From assembly GCA_965215125.1 (NCBI GenBank), contig OZ244052.1, positions 224,001 through 288,000 on the forward strand: a DNA stretch of 64,000 bases, given 5' to 3'. Numbering within the stretch: position 1 is the first letter of the stretch; each line of letters opens with the position of its first letter. The translations under genes were made by a program, and so were the position numbers. Below are positions 32,101 to 39,902 of this stretch, piece by piece. The notes beneath the pieces were generated by a model. It ran no database searches. It was given only the letters and a program-made list of their open reading frames with translations, and was not told where the DNA came from. The stretch comes from an uncultured candidatus Porisulfidus sp. (lineage in GTDB: Bacteria > Pseudomonadota > Gammaproteobacteria > Poriferisulfidales > Oxydemutatoraceae).

Positions 32101-34374
32101 TGAAACAGAAGCCGTCGCATAGCTGTTCGTGATAGAACCTCCACTATTCAAACCGACTAAACCGCCTACCCGAACAACTCCTGAAACAAAACCCGTCGCA
32201 TAGCTGTTCGTGATAGTGCCTTCATTCCTACCGACTAAACCACCTACATCATTATTACCTCCTGAAACAGAACTCGTCGCATAGCTGTTCGTGATAGAAC
32301 CAGCATTCCTACCGACTAAACCGCCTACCCAGAGAACTCCTGAAACAGAACCTATCGCATAGCTGTTCGTGATTGTACCGTCATCATTCCTACCGACTAA
32401 ACCGCCTACATCAGAACGCCCGATAATGTTCACATTTAGCAAAACAACATTAGCAATTTGAGCACCACTACTCGTGTAACCAAACAGACCTACTTCACCC
32501 GTGTCACTTCTGTCAATCGTAAGATTAGAAATCGTAAAACCATTGCCTCCAAACTCGCTCCTGAAAGCATTAGAAGAATCCCCAATTGGCTGCCAACCTG
32601 CTCCCGTAGTCCATGTAATCCTGTTGGCTGGTGAACTATAGCTTTCATCGTCGTTAAAGTCTAAGTTTCTCATCAATTCATAGCCTCTGCATCTGTTGTT
32701 GGGACAACCTACTGAAACCTTAAGTGCCGTCTCGCTTTTTCTATAGCCGGTCCCGTCCAGTTGATAACGCATCGCATTCAACTCCTCTAAATTATCAACC
32801 TCTATCCAACCATCATCATCCCTATCAACATCTCCGTTAAACTCATAGTAATTGAGATAGAGAGTATAAATAACAGTCTGTGTTGTTTCACCTCTATTCT
32901 CAACCACAATTGTGGTTGTAGTTATCCCGTCGGGGTTTAACGAGATAATGCCGCTCTCACCACCACTATCTATAGCCGTACCTCTCTCCTCGTTAGCCGT
33001 AACATAAACCTTGGCATCGGGATTTACTGTTATTGGTCTAAACTGTATTGTGCTAATACTATTAACTGCCGTCCCTCTGTAGTTCGGCACTACCACATCA
33101 AAATCAGGCGATAAATCGCCTTCCGCTAATTGCAATTCACTCAAGCCATATCTCAGTGTAGACGACAACAAACTACCACAGAGAGGTAGATCTGTTGTGG
33201 TATCGTCTTCACGGCATTCACTACTAACTGTTCTAGGATTATCCGTATATTTAAGGATTGGATATTGGCCACTAGTGCCGAAATACCAATTCGTAGTACT
33301 CCATTGGTAATAGGGTTTGTTACGGTCTGTGTCTTGTGCACTCCCTGCTATCAATTCCCCCCTGGTTTTACCCATGCCATTGGTGCCTCCTACTATTCCA
33401 CTGGTATTTACATCCCAATAGCTGTTCGTGATAGAACCAGCATTCCTACCGACTAAACCGCCTATATTTCTATCAACTCCTGAAACAAAACCCGTCGCAT
33501 AGCTGTTCGTGATGGTGCCACTGAAATTATCACCGGCTAAACCGCCTACATCGCTATCTCCTGAGACAGAACCTGTCGCATAGCTGTTTGTGATGGTGCC
33601 ACTGAAATTATAACCGACTAAACCGCCTACATTACTATCAACTCCTGAAACAGAACCCGTCGCATAGCTGTTCGTGATAGAACCCCTACTATTATCACCG
33701 ACTAAACCGCCTACATCGCTACTTCCTGAAACAGAACTCGTCGCATAGCTGTTCGTGATGATGCCATTGAAATTATAACCGACTAAACTGCCTACATTTC
33801 TATCTCCTGAAATAGAACCCGTCGCATAGCTGTTCGTGATAGCACCTCCATTACGACCGACTAAACTGCCTACATCAAAATTCCCGATAATGTTCACATT
33901 TAGTGAACCAACATTAGTAATTTCAGCCCTACTGCCCGTGTAACCGAACAAGCCTATTCCAGACGTGCCACTTCTGGAAATCTTAAGATTATAAATCGTA
34001 AAACCGTTGCCTTCAAACTTGCCACTGAAAGCATTAGAGAGAGAATTCCCAATCGGCTGCCAGCCTGCTCCCGTAGTCCATGTAATCCTGTTGGCTGTTG
34101 AACTATAGCTTTCATCGTCGTTAAAGTCTAAGTTTCTCATCAATTCATAGCCTATGCATCTGTTTTTAGGACAACCCTCGGTAATTCCCATCACCGTCTC
34201 GGTGGTTGTCGTCCTATAACTCGTGCCGTCCAGTTGATAACGAATTGCATTTAAGGTTTCCAAATCGTTGATGTCTATCAGCCCGTCTCTATCGGTGTCT
34301 ATGACGGTGTTGGTTTGAGCAACTATATTCGTGCTGAATAGTGCAAATAAGATAATCAACAAGAGGGTTTTCAT
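20182..34374 (-). CDS. Giant secreted repeat protein (putative adhesin): three GLUG-repeat blocks, cadherin-like beta sandwiches and about 33 Ig-like repeats
   Basis: Sec-type signal peptide, DxDxDG loops, repeated VGGLVGxN...ITNSYATG motifs, and a 308-aa tri-domain repeat with DADxDD Ca-binding-like motifs. Confidence 0.88.
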   Translation of the reverse strand: MKTLLLIILFALFSTNIVAQTNTVIDTDRDGLIDINDLETLNAIRYQLDGTSYRTTTTETVMGITEGCPKNRCIGYELMRNLDFNDDESYSSTANRITWTTGAGWQPIGNSLSNAFSGKFEGNGFTIYNLKISRSGTSGIGLFGYTGSRAEITNVGSLNVNIIGNFDVGSLVGRNGGAITNSYATGSISGDRNVGSLVGYNFNGIITNSYATSSVSGSSDVGGLVGDNSRGSITNSYATGSVSGVDSNVGGLVGYNFSGTITNSYATGSVSGDSDVGGLAGDNFSGTITNSYATGFVSGVDRNIGGLVGRNAGSITNSYWDVNTSGIVGGTNGMGKTRGELIAGSAQDTDRNKPYYQWSTTNWYFGTSGQYPILKYTDNPRTVSSECREDDTTTDLPLCGSLLSSTLRYGLSELQLAEGDLSPDFDVVVPNYRGTAVNSISTIQFRPITVNPDAKVYVTANEERGTAIDSGGESGIISLNPDGITTTTIVVENRGETTQTVIYTLYLNYYEFNGDVDRDDDGWIEVDNLEELNAMRYQLDGTGYRKSETALKVSVGCPNNRCRGYELMRNLDFNDDESYSSPANRITWTTGAGWQPIGDSSNAFRSEFGGNGFTISNLTIDRSDTGEVGLFGYTSSGAQIANVVLLNVNIIGRSDVGGLVGRNDDGTITNSYAIGSVSGVLWVGGLVGRNAGSITNSYATSSVSGGNNDVGGLVGRNEGTITNSYATGFVSGVVRVGGLVGLNSGGSITNSYATASVSEGSDVGGLVGRNSRGIITNSYWDINTSGIAGGANGMGKTRGELIAGSAQDTDSNKPYYEWSTTNWYFGTGSQYPILKYTDNPNTDSSECRTTSTDDTITDPPVCGSLLSPVLRDGLKELQLVEGNLSPDFDVVVPSYRGTLVSSASTIQFRPITVNLDAKVYITANEETRTIDSGDESGMISLNTDGITTITIEVENGGAIMQTVIYTLYLNYYEFNGDVDRDDDGLIEVDNLEELNAIRYQLDGTGYRESETALEVSVGCPNNVCRGYELTRDLDFNDDESYSSTANRITWTTGAGWQPIGDSFSNAFRSEFEGKGFTISNLTIDRSGTRQIGLFGYTGSGAEITNVGLLSVNIIGNFEVGGLVGLNRDGTITYSYAMGSVSGDNDVGGLVGENYGVIANSYAMVSVSGNGSSLGGLVGWNRGGTITNSYAMVSVLGNGNAGGLVGTNILSIITNSYATSFVSGDYNVGGLVGINNGSITNSYWDINTSGIETSDDGEGITTMALQGPTMQTGIYRSWSNEAWDFGTTEQYPALKYSDGTVIPNQGRPPPSEEVPIKVPVEANTKPTIMITPPTVPTMQLNDMTDVVVSVADDNFDLGDSVTLEAMSSSRTIVSVTTSAETDDITTNTSITFTLTAEQSGEAVITFTATDSNESTNSKTVSVRVNTPPTITSFDNTVSVKEGREQTIAVSVSDADTDNSLTLSLTAMNENQDVVELVTTSVIVMTNGSVTRDAQTLKIKGLKAGVATLNITVSDEHTESVSASVSVTVERNTAPTIIGIPEQPIRLLEGTETTLNVTINDADDDDSLSVSINTGNSLITTATIIATDGATRTLEVSGVGAGSATIMVTVNDGRDIANSRISEEFEVRVEANTKPTIMITPPTVPTMQLNDMTDIIVSVADDNFDLDDSVTLEAMSSSRTIVSVTTSAETDDITTNTSITFTLTAEQSGEAMITFTATDSNESTNSKTVSVRVNASPTITSFDNTVSVKEGREQTIAVSVSDADTDDSLTLSLTAMNENQDVVELVTTSVIVMTNGSVTRDAQTLKIKGLKAGVATLNITVSDAHTESVSASVLVTVERNTAPTIMITPPTVPTMQLNDMTDIIVSVADDNFDLGDSVTLEAMSSSRTIVSVTTSAETDDITTNTSIIFTLTAEQSGEAVITFTATDSNESTNSKTVSVRVNASPTITSFDNTVSVKEGREQTIAVSVSDADTDDSLTLSLTAMNENQDVVELVTTSVIVMTNGSVTRDAQTLKIKGLKAGVATLNITVSDAHTESVAASVLVTVERNTAPTIIGIPEQPIRLLERTETTLNVTINDADDDDDSLSVSIDTGNSLIATATIIATDGATRTLEVSGVGAGSATIMVTVNDGRGLSNSRILEEFEVRVEANTKPTIMITPPTVPTMQLNDMTDVVVSVADDNFDLGDSVTLEAMSSSRTIVSVTTSAETDDITTNTSITFTLTAEQSGEAVITFTATDSNESTNSKTVSVRVNASPTITSFDNTVSVKEGREQTIAVSVSDADPDDSLTLSLTAMNENQDIVELVTTSVIVMTNGSVARDAQTLKIKGLKAGVATLNITVSDEHTESVSASVSVTVERNTAPTIIGIPEQPIRLLEGTETTLNVVINDADDDDSPSVSIDTGNSLIATATIIATDGATRTLEVSGVGAGSATIMVTVNDGRGLSNSRISEEFEVRVEANTKPTIMITPPTVPTMQLNDMTDIIVSVADDNFDLGDSVTLEAMSSSRTIVSVTTSAETDDITTNTSIIFTLTAEQSGEAVITFTATDSNESTNSKTVSVRVNASPTITSFDNTVSVKEGREQTIAVSVSDADTDDSLTLSLTAMNENQDVVELVTTSVIVMTNGSVARDAQTLKIKGLKAGVATLNITVSDEHTESVSASVSVTVERNTAPTIIGIPEQPIRLLEGTETTLNVVINDADDDDSPSVSIDTGNSLIATATIIATDGATRTLEVSGVGAGSATIMVTVNDGRGLSNSRISEEFEVRVEANTKPTIMITPPTVPTMQLNDMTDIIVSVADDNFDLGDSVTLEAMSSSRTIVSVTTSAETDDITTNTSITFTLTAEQSGEAVITFTATDSNESTNSKTVSVRVNTPPTITSFDNTVSVKEGREQAIAVSVSDADTDDSLTLSLTAMNENQDIVELVTTSVMVMTNGSVARDAQTLKIKGLKAGVATLNITVSDAHTESVSASVLVTVERNTAPTIIGIPEQPIRLLEGTETTLNVTINDADDDDSLSVSIDTGNSLIATATIIATDGATRTLEVSGVGAGSATIMVTVNDGRDLSSSRILEEFEVRVEANTKPTIMITPPTVPTMQLNDMTDVVVLVADDNFDLGDSVTLEAMSSSRTIVSVTTSAETDDITTNTSITFTLTAEQSGEAVITFTATDSNESTNSKTVSVRVNTPPTITSFDNTVSVKEGREQTIAVSVSDADTDDSLTLSLTAMNENQDIVELVTTSVTVMTNGSVTRDAQALKIKGLKAGVATLNITVSDEHTESAPVSVSVTVERNTAPTIIGIPEQPIRLLEGTETTLNVVINDADVDDSLSVSIDTGNSLIATATIIATDGATRTLEVSGVGAGSATIMVTVNDGRDLSSSRILEEFEVRVEANTKPTIMITPPTVPTMQLNDMTDVVVLVADDNFDLGDSVTLEAMSSSRTIVSVATSAETDDITTNTSITFTLTAEQSGEAVITFTATDSNESTNSKTVSVRVNTPPTITSFDNTVSVKEGREQTIAVSVSDADPDDSLTLSLTAMNENQDIVELVTTSVIVMTNGSVARDAQTLKIKGLKAGVATLNITVSDEHTESVSASVLVTVERNTAPTIIGIPEQPIRLLEGTETTLNVTINDADDDDDSLSVSIDTGNSLIATATIIATDGATRTLEVSGVGAGSATIMVTVNDGRDLSSSRILEEFEVRVEANTKPTIMITPPTVPTMQLNDMTDVVVSVADDNFDLDDSVTLEAMSSSRTIVSVTTSAETDDITTNTSITFTLTAEQSGEAVITFTATDSNESTNSKTVSVRVNTPPTITSFDNTVSVKEGREQTIAVSVSDADTDDSLTLSLTAMNENQDVVELVTTSVMVMTNGSVARDAQTLKIKGLKAGVATLNITVSDEHTESAPASVSVTVERNTAPTIIGIPEQPIRLLERTKTTLSVTINDADDDDSPSVSIDTGNSLIATATIIATDGATRTLEVSGVGAGSATIMVTVNDGRDLSSSRISEEFEVRVEANTKPTIMITPPTVPTMQLNDMTDIIVSVADDNFDLDDSVTLEAMSSSRTIVSVTTSAETDDITTNTSITFTLTAEQSGEAVITFTATDSNESTNSKTVSVRVNTPPTITSFDNTVSVKEGREQTIAVSVSDADTDDSLTLSLTAMDENQDVVELVTTSVMVMTNGSVTRDAQTLKIKGLKAGVATLNITVSDEHTESAPVSVSVMVERNTAPTIIGIPEQPIRLLEGTETTLNVVINDADVDDSLSVSIDTGNSLIATATIIATDGATRTLEVSGVGAGSATIMVTVNDGRGLSNSRISEEFEVRVEANTKPTIMITPPTVPTMQLNDMTDVVVSVADDNFDLGDSVTLEAMSSSRTIVSVATSAETDDITTNTSIIFTLTAEQSGEAVITFTATDSNESTNSKTVSVRVNTPPTITSFDNTVSVKEGREQAIAVSVSDADTDDSLTLSLTAMNENQDVVELVTTSVMVMTNGSVTRDAQTLKIKGLKAGVATLNITVSDEHTELVSASVLVTVERNMAPTIIGIPEQPIRLLEGTKTTLNVTINDADDDDSLSVSIDTGNSLIATATIIATDGATRTLEVSGVGAGSATIMVTVNDGRGLSNSRISEEFEVRVEANTKPTIMITPSLDQTLSLNSTAHIVVSVADDNFDVDDIVTLEAMSSSRTIVSVTTSAETDDITTNTSITFTLTAEQSGEAVITFTATDSGGLGGRGAVSVRVHIAIRIHVKVFLEGLLQ
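20520..30420 (-). repeat. Intragenic tandem repeat, 924/927-bp unit (10 full units plus one 624-bp unit)
   Basis: The anchor ttcgtattcgcttctac recurs at about 20535, 21458, 22382, 23306, 24233, 25157, 26081, 27005, 27929, 29480 and 30404. Confidence 0.95.
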
Positions 34375-34443
34375 TTTTTCAATAAATCATTATAGTTTCT
34401 CTAACTTTTCTACATTATAATAATTTTGAAATAATAATCCACC

Positions 34444-34626
34444 TGACTTTACCCCATTTTTAGAACCACCCCGTCAGGCAAAGCCTGCCACCCCTGCAAA
34501 GGAGGGGAATAAACCACCCCGTCAAAAGGTTTTACATTTTGTAATATTTACTAAGATTCTGCACAACGTTACGCCGATTGACCTACTGGCTCAATCGGCG
34601 GTTCTGTTGCGCCTGCCACCCCCCCA
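34444..34626 (-). repeat. Solo IS3-type IR followed by two family A copies, the second with a nested B element
   Basis: tgactttaccccatttttagaacc resembles the IS end at 12376-12399, followed by ccaccccgtcagg...ggagggg and gccgattgacctactggctcaatcggc. Confidence 0.7.
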
Positions 34627-34682
34627 TACGGATTTTAGCAATTACGCATATAATAGGCTTATAGCCGAAGTTTCCCCCCAAG

Positions 34683-35600
34683 TTGAATGGTATGACTGAA
34701 AATAGCGACGATTACATGCTGTCCATAGAGCGTTTTTTGAATATCTTGCTTTCGCAGCAAGGTCTATCGGCGAATACACTGGCCGCATATAGGCACGATT
34801 TACAAGGTTTCGCCGCACAACTGAAAAAACAAGGTAAAGGTTTGAACAGCGCAGAAAGAATAGACATACAAAATTACCTTTTAAGTCGGCTGGAACAAAA
34901 TTATGCCGTCAAATCCAATACCAGATTACTCTCAACCTTGCGTAAATTTTACGCGTGGATGATGCAGAACAAACTGATAACGATAAACCCTTGCGACCGG
35001 ATTCATTCAAGCCGACAAGGACGACATTTACCCCAAGTGCTCGGCGAAGAGGAAATCGAGCGGCTACTCGAAGCCCCCGACATCACGACACCCGAAGGGC
35101 TGCGTAACAAAGCGATGTTGGAAGTGATCTATGCCTGCGGGTTGCGCGTCTCCGAACTCGTCGACCTGGTGTTCTCGCAACTGTCTTTGGATGCCGGATA
35201 TTTGAGGATTATGGGCAAGGGTAATAAAGAGCGTCTAGTACCCATCGGCGAGCAGGCGTGCGAGTGTCTGGAACTCTATATCAAGCAGGCTCGCCCGCAA
35301 TTACTCAAATCGGGACAACACTGCGATTATGTTTTTATATCCAAACGCGGCAGGCACATGACCCGTCAGACCTTTTGGTATGCGCTGAAACGCTTGGCAA
35401 ATATTGCCGAGATTACAAAGCCCTTTTCACCGCATACGCTAAGGCACGCCTTCGCAACCCACCTACTCAATCACGGTGCCGACCTACGTGTTGTACAATT
35501 ACTATTAGGACATAGCGATTTATCAACTACGCAGATATATACTCATGTTGCTAAACAACGCTTAAAAGATTTACATCAACTACATCATCCGAGGAGTTAA
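34683..35600 (+). CDS. xerD: Tyrosine recombinase XerD
   Basis: YACGLRVSEL, GKGNKERLVP, SPHTLRHAFATHLLNHGADLRVVQLLLGHSDLSTTQIYTH; followed by dsbC. True start may be ATG 34692. Confidence 0.95.
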   Translation: MNGMTENSDDYMLSIERFLNILLSQQGLSANTLAAYRHDLQGFAAQLKKQGKGLNSAERIDIQNYLLSRLEQNYAVKSNTRLLSTLRKFYAWMMQNKLITINPCDRIHSSRQGRHLPQVLGEEEIERLLEAPDITTPEGLRNKAMLEVIYACGLRVSELVDLVFSQLSLDAGYLRIMGKGNKERLVPIGEQACECLELYIKQARPQLLKSGQHCDYVFISKRGRHMTRQTFWYALKRLANIAEITKPFSPHTLRHAFATHLLNHGADLRVVQLLLGHSDLSTTQIYTHVAKQRLKDLHQLHHPRS

Positions 35601-35602
35601 TT

Positions 35603-36319
35603 ATGTATCGTATATTTATTATTGCCGTCGCACTCTTACTATGCGCCACCCAAGCCGCAACCGAAGAAGCGGTTGTAGAAGAAAAACTGAAAAGTTCCCT
35701 GAGTAATCATCTTCCCGGGAGCTTGGAGATTCGCGAGACACCCTTAAAAGGCATCTACGAAGTCGTTCACGATAAAAGCAATGTGTTCTACACCGATGCC
35801 AACGGTGATTTCTTACTGCAAGGTGCTTTGATCGACATAAAGCAACGCAAAGATTTGACCGACGAGAGATTAAAACAAGTGCGTCAGGAAACCCTCGCCG
35901 AAGTTCCTGCCGATCGTTTTATAGAATTCGGTAACCCCGAAGCCGAGCACGAGGTCGTGGTGTTCACCGATGTCAACTGCGGTTATTGTAGAAAACTGCA
36001 TAACCAACGAACCCGATACGCCAAGCATGACATCAAAATCCGTTATTTATTGACCCCTGTTTTAGGTTCCGACTCAACCGATAAATCAACGAGCGTTTGG
36101 TGCGCGGACGACCGCCAAACCGCGCTTACCGATGCAAAGATGGACAAAGATATACCTAAGGTCCGCTGCGACGCAAACCTAGATAACAACTTGAAAATCA
36201 TGCGAGGTTTTGATATCCGCGGCACCCCTGCCATCTTGCTGGAGGACGGTACCCTGCTCAGGGGTTATGTAGAACCCGAACAACTGCTGGAACAAATAGA
36301 ATTATCAAAGGAAGGATAG
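35603..36319 (+). CDS. dsbC: Disulfide isomerase DsbC
   Basis: Signal peptide, FTDVNCGYCRKLH, RGTPA. Confidence 0.92.
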   Translation: MYRIFIIAVALLLCATQAATEEAVVEEKLKSSLSNHLPGSLEIRETPLKGIYEVVHDKSNVFYTDANGDFLLQGALIDIKQRKDLTDERLKQVRQETLAEVPADRFIEFGNPEAEHEVVVFTDVNCGYCRKLHNQRTRYAKHDIKIRYLLTPVLGSDSTDKSTSVWCADDRQTALTDAKMDKDIPKVRCDANLDNNLKIMRGFDIRGTPAILLEDGTLLRGYVEPEQLLEQIELSKEG

Positions 36320-39300
36320 TCGTACAAAAAACCGCTACGGGTGAACAAGATGGACACCCTGATTGCTTTGCCGGGAAATAACTTGGCAAGCCCCGCTTCA
36401 TAACAGCGCATCTGCGGTAAATAATGGGATGCCAATCGGTGATAAAACCGCTTCGCATCCTGCTCGGGCGGTTTGTTGCTCTTGTAATCGATAATCCATA
36501 CTTGATCTTGCGCAACACACACCCGATCTACCTTGCCGTAAACGATACGCCCGTCGTCGTCCTGATACAACAAAGGCATCTCATGATAAGTTCTGCTATA
36601 GTGCGATTTATTAAATAACACCTCCAGTTCGGGGTTCTGCACTAAAGACCACGCCTCTTCGGCGCACACATTGCGGATATCGTCGTCGACATCGGAGTAA
36701 TTCTCAAACTCGCGCTTGAACATTGACAAGTTGTCGTACGATTTTTGACCCAGTAATTCCAGAGCTTTGTGTGTCGTCGTGCCATGCAGTCTTGCGCGAT
36801 CGGTTGCCGGTGTGGATGAAAATACTTTTTCCATCCCCACACGGCTAGGCTCTATCTGCTGCACCGTAGTATTCATCGGCACTTCGCCGTCAAACAATTT
36901 CAAGTCCGGCAACGGCTCGGAGCTTGGTTCGGCAACCTCTGCTTGCGTGCCGTTTGCTTGTTTTAAGGGATCATCCCCGAAAACCGTTTGCTCACCGCAC
37001 GACTCTTTAATCAAGCGATACCAGTGCTTGTGTGTGGACTCGGTTTTGCCGCTACCCGAAATAAAAAGGTATTGCTTCGCCCGCGTCAGCGCAACATACA
37101 TTAAATTCATCTCCTCTCTGAGGTTGCGGGCGCGACGCGTTTCGGTCAATTCGGATAATATCCGACTACGCTCGGAGGTGGGCGGCATCAATACAAAATG
37201 CCTAGGACGTTCATCGTCGGTCGGCCAATCAACCAACACATCGTGGGTCTCTTTGTTCGGTAGCTTAAAAGCACAGTCTATCAAAAACACAACGGGGGAC
37301 TCCAAGCCTTTGGCACCGTGTATGGACATCATCTTCACACAATCTTGCCCTTCGGGTGCTACGACTTCCTCACCCTGGTCTTGCACGAGTGCGGCGTGAT
37401 CCAAAAAACGAGCGATATCGGGATAGCGACCACTATCGTAATCAAGCGTGTATTCCAAAAAAGCCTCCAAATAGAGTTGGACTTGCTCGCGTTCTATAGG
37501 ATGCACCGATGTTTTATATCGGCTGATTAGATTTTGTTCGGCAAAAATCGTATAGAGTAAATCGTGTATAGGAAGACGACCGCAAAGCGTACTCCACTTT
37601 TTGAAACTATGATAAATCCCCGACCACGGTTCACCTCTATCGGCTAAATGCTTCAGCTTAGTGAAGTACTGCGCGCCTTCCTGACAACCGAGTTCCAACA
37701 AATGCCGATCGCTCAACGAATAAATCGGACTGCGTAATACTTGAGTAAGTGCTAAATCGTTATATGGGTTATGCAGTGCTGCCAACAACTGCAACATATC
37801 GGCAACTTCCAATCGGTTGAGCAAACCTGCTTCGTACGAGCTGACGACCGGAATCTGTCGATGGCGCAACGCCCGTGTGAACAATTCAAAGTGTGTCTTT
37901 TGTCGGGCGATGACCAATATATCGCGATACGCGATAGGTCTGGGTCCGTCGGAATCTTCGACGGTCATCCGGCTTTGATACAGCCGTGCAATCGTTTGTG
38001 CCACGGTTGCCGCTTCTTCGCTGCGCGAATTCTGCGACGACAACAGCGGAGCCTTCAGAGGGTTGCGCCATTCACCGTCATCGTCCGCCTTGTCGGCAAC
38101 TGCGGGTTCAAACAAATCAAATATGCGGACGCCGCCTTTGATATCGCGCTTCGTATGATGGTGCTTGAAATCCGACAATAGATTATTACGGGTAAAGACT
38201 CTATTCACAAAATCAATAATCTGCGGGGCAGAACGATACGAGATATCCGCACTCTCCTCAATCCCCGCTAAATGCGCCTTAAGCCATTGCCCGGCTTTGA
38301 CCTGCAACTCGGGGTCGGCGCGCCTAAAACCGTAAATCGATTGCTTGCGATCACCGACGATAAACACACTGCCACCTTGTTGAGATGCAATTTCCTGCAT
38401 CAACGGCTGTAGCAACTGCCATTGCGTCGGATTGGTGTCTTGGAATTCGTCTATCAAAACATGCTCTATGCGCGAAGCCAGCCGGTATTGTATCCAGTGA
38501 CTGCCGTAATCGGGTTGGGTCAATAGCTTGCTTGCGATACTTTCCAAATCGCCGAAATCAAGGAGCTTATGTTGCTGCTTGAGTGCCGTATAAATATCCA
38601 ATACACGGCTACCGACTTTATACCACGCTTGGTTCAAGTAATAGTTGTTGTTACGGTTAATGCCCTCGCGCATTTGCATCACCGCCTCGCTGATCTCGGC
38701 ACACAAAGTAAGTAGCCGCTCAGCCCCCGACTCGCCCAGCGATTTTACTAACGCTTTACTCAAGTCACGCTGCCTCGGCAAGCCTTTACCTGTGTGAATA
38801 CATTTGTTGAGCTTATCAAAGTCATCGTCGGAGAGTTCGTCCAATACAACGAGTTTGCTCAAACATTCGGCGTGTTCAATATTCTTTATCGTTTCATGCC
38901 CGCCCAATAAGATGCCGTAGTCGGCAACCGAGTCGCGTATGCCCTGCCATATCCGAGAGACGGGTAGCGTGTCGGCAATTTTCAACTGCGTATACAAATG
39001 CTTGTCGGCCTCATCGGCACCGACCGAGTTATCCGAAACATAGCTCAACCAATCGTTTTGCCGCGCTAAAAAAGCCTCCAGTATAGTGCGCATAACATTC
39101 ACACTACGAATTTCCGCATAAAGCGTATCCAGAGCGTCGCTGATTTCCTTGTCTTGGGGAGTCGTTGTTGCAAATAATGTATCTATCGCCTTCGCTCGCC
39201 ATTCCTCTGCGTTTTCTGCAATCCGAAAATCCAAAGGCACACGGCTTTGCAACGGGCATAAAGAAATTAGCTTTTGACAAAAGGCATGAAAAGTGGTGAT

Positions 39301-39633
39301 TTGCAGTTGCTCGGTTGAATGTAGCAATCGCTCGTAAAGATGTCTCGCCCTTTCACTATATTTTTCGACATCCTCTATACCGATCTCCCTAAGATCGGCT
39401 GCCAAGCCATCCGCTGTTCGGGTACTCCATTCAAGCACTCGCGCCTCTACCCGCTCGCGCATTTCATCGGCAGCTTTGTTGGTAAAAGTAATCGCCAATA
39501 TAGAACCCGGGCAAACATCGTCCAACAATAACCTCAACACACGAGAGATCAATAACCATGTTTTACCGGTGCCTGCCGATGCATATACGATGCCGCTGGC
39601 TTGCGGTGAAAGTAACTTGAGTAAAGATTCCAT
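36265..39633 (-). CDS. addA: AddA/RecB-like UvrD helicase with C-terminal PD-(D/E)XK nuclease
   Basis: ASAGTGKT, AITFTNKAA, DEFQDT, VGDRKQSIYGFR, SIHGAKGLE, YVALTRA, GKVDR...IIDYKS. Confidence 0.85.
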   Translation of the reverse strand: MESLLKLLSPQASGIVYASAGTGKTWLLISRVLRLLLDDVCPGSILAITFTNKAADEMRERVEARVLEWSTRTADGLAADLREIGIEDVEKYSERARHLYERLLHSTEQLQITTFHAFCQKLISLCPLQSRVPLDFRIAENAEEWRAKAIDTLFATTTPQDKEISDALDTLYAEIRSVNVMRTILEAFLARQNDWLSYVSDNSVGADEADKHLYTQLKIADTLPVSRIWQGIRDSVADYGILLGGHETIKNIEHAECLSKLVVLDELSDDDFDKLNKCIHTGKGLPRQRDLSKALVKSLGESGAERLLTLCAEISEAVMQMREGINRNNNYYLNQAWYKVGSRVLDIYTALKQQHKLLDFGDLESIASKLLTQPDYGSHWIQYRLASRIEHVLIDEFQDTNPTQWQLLQPLMQEIASQQGGSVFIVGDRKQSIYGFRRADPELQVKAGQWLKAHLAGIEESADISYRSAPQIIDFVNRVFTRNNLLSDFKHHHTKRDIKGGVRIFDLFEPAVADKADDDGEWRNPLKAPLLSSQNSRSEEAATVAQTIARLYQSRMTVEDSDGPRPIAYRDILVIARQKTHFELFTRALRHRQIPVVSSYEAGLLNRLEVADMLQLLAALHNPYNDLALTQVLRSPIYSLSDRHLLELGCQEGAQYFTKLKHLADRGEPWSGIYHSFKKWSTLCGRLPIHDLLYTIFAEQNLISRYKTSVHPIEREQVQLYLEAFLEYTLDYDSGRYPDIARFLDHAALVQDQGEEVVAPEGQDCVKMMSIHGAKGLESPVVFLIDCAFKLPNKETHDVLVDWPTDDERPRHFVLMPPTSERSRILSELTETRRARNLREEMNLMYVALTRAKQYLFISGSGKTESTHKHWYRLIKESCGEQTVFGDDPLKQANGTQAEVAEPSSEPLPDLKLFDGEVPMNTTVQQIEPSRVGMEKVFSSTPATDRARLHGTTTHKALELLGQKSYDNLSMFKREFENYSDVDDDIRNVCAEEAWSLVQNPELEVLFNKSHYSRTYHEMPLLYQDDDGRIVYGKVDRVCVAQDQVWIIDYKSNKPPEQDAKRFYHRLASHYLPQMRCYEAGLAKLFPGKAIRVSILFTRSGFLYDYPSFDNSICSSSCSGST

Positions 39634-39902
39634 TAGCAGTCTATGTTTTGAAGCATTAGTTTAGCCTAAGGCGGATACTTTAGAGTAGTATTCCCCTCCT
39701 TCGGAGAGATGGCAGGCGCAATAGAACCGCCGAAGAACCGCCGATTGAGCCGAGTAACCCCCCTACTTACTCCGGTTTGGCAGAAGGTTTTTCCCATCAA
39801 ATTCAAAGGCTTATAGAGATTTTGGAAATAAATGACCTTGAAACTCTTTTTTTTAGTAAAAAAGTGTCCTTATTATTCTGTTTTTTACGCTAAAATAGAA
39901 CC

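Noticed and set aside
34683-35600. xerD as an island integrase
   Set aside because: Canonical XerD motifs in the housekeeping xerD-dsbC arrangement.
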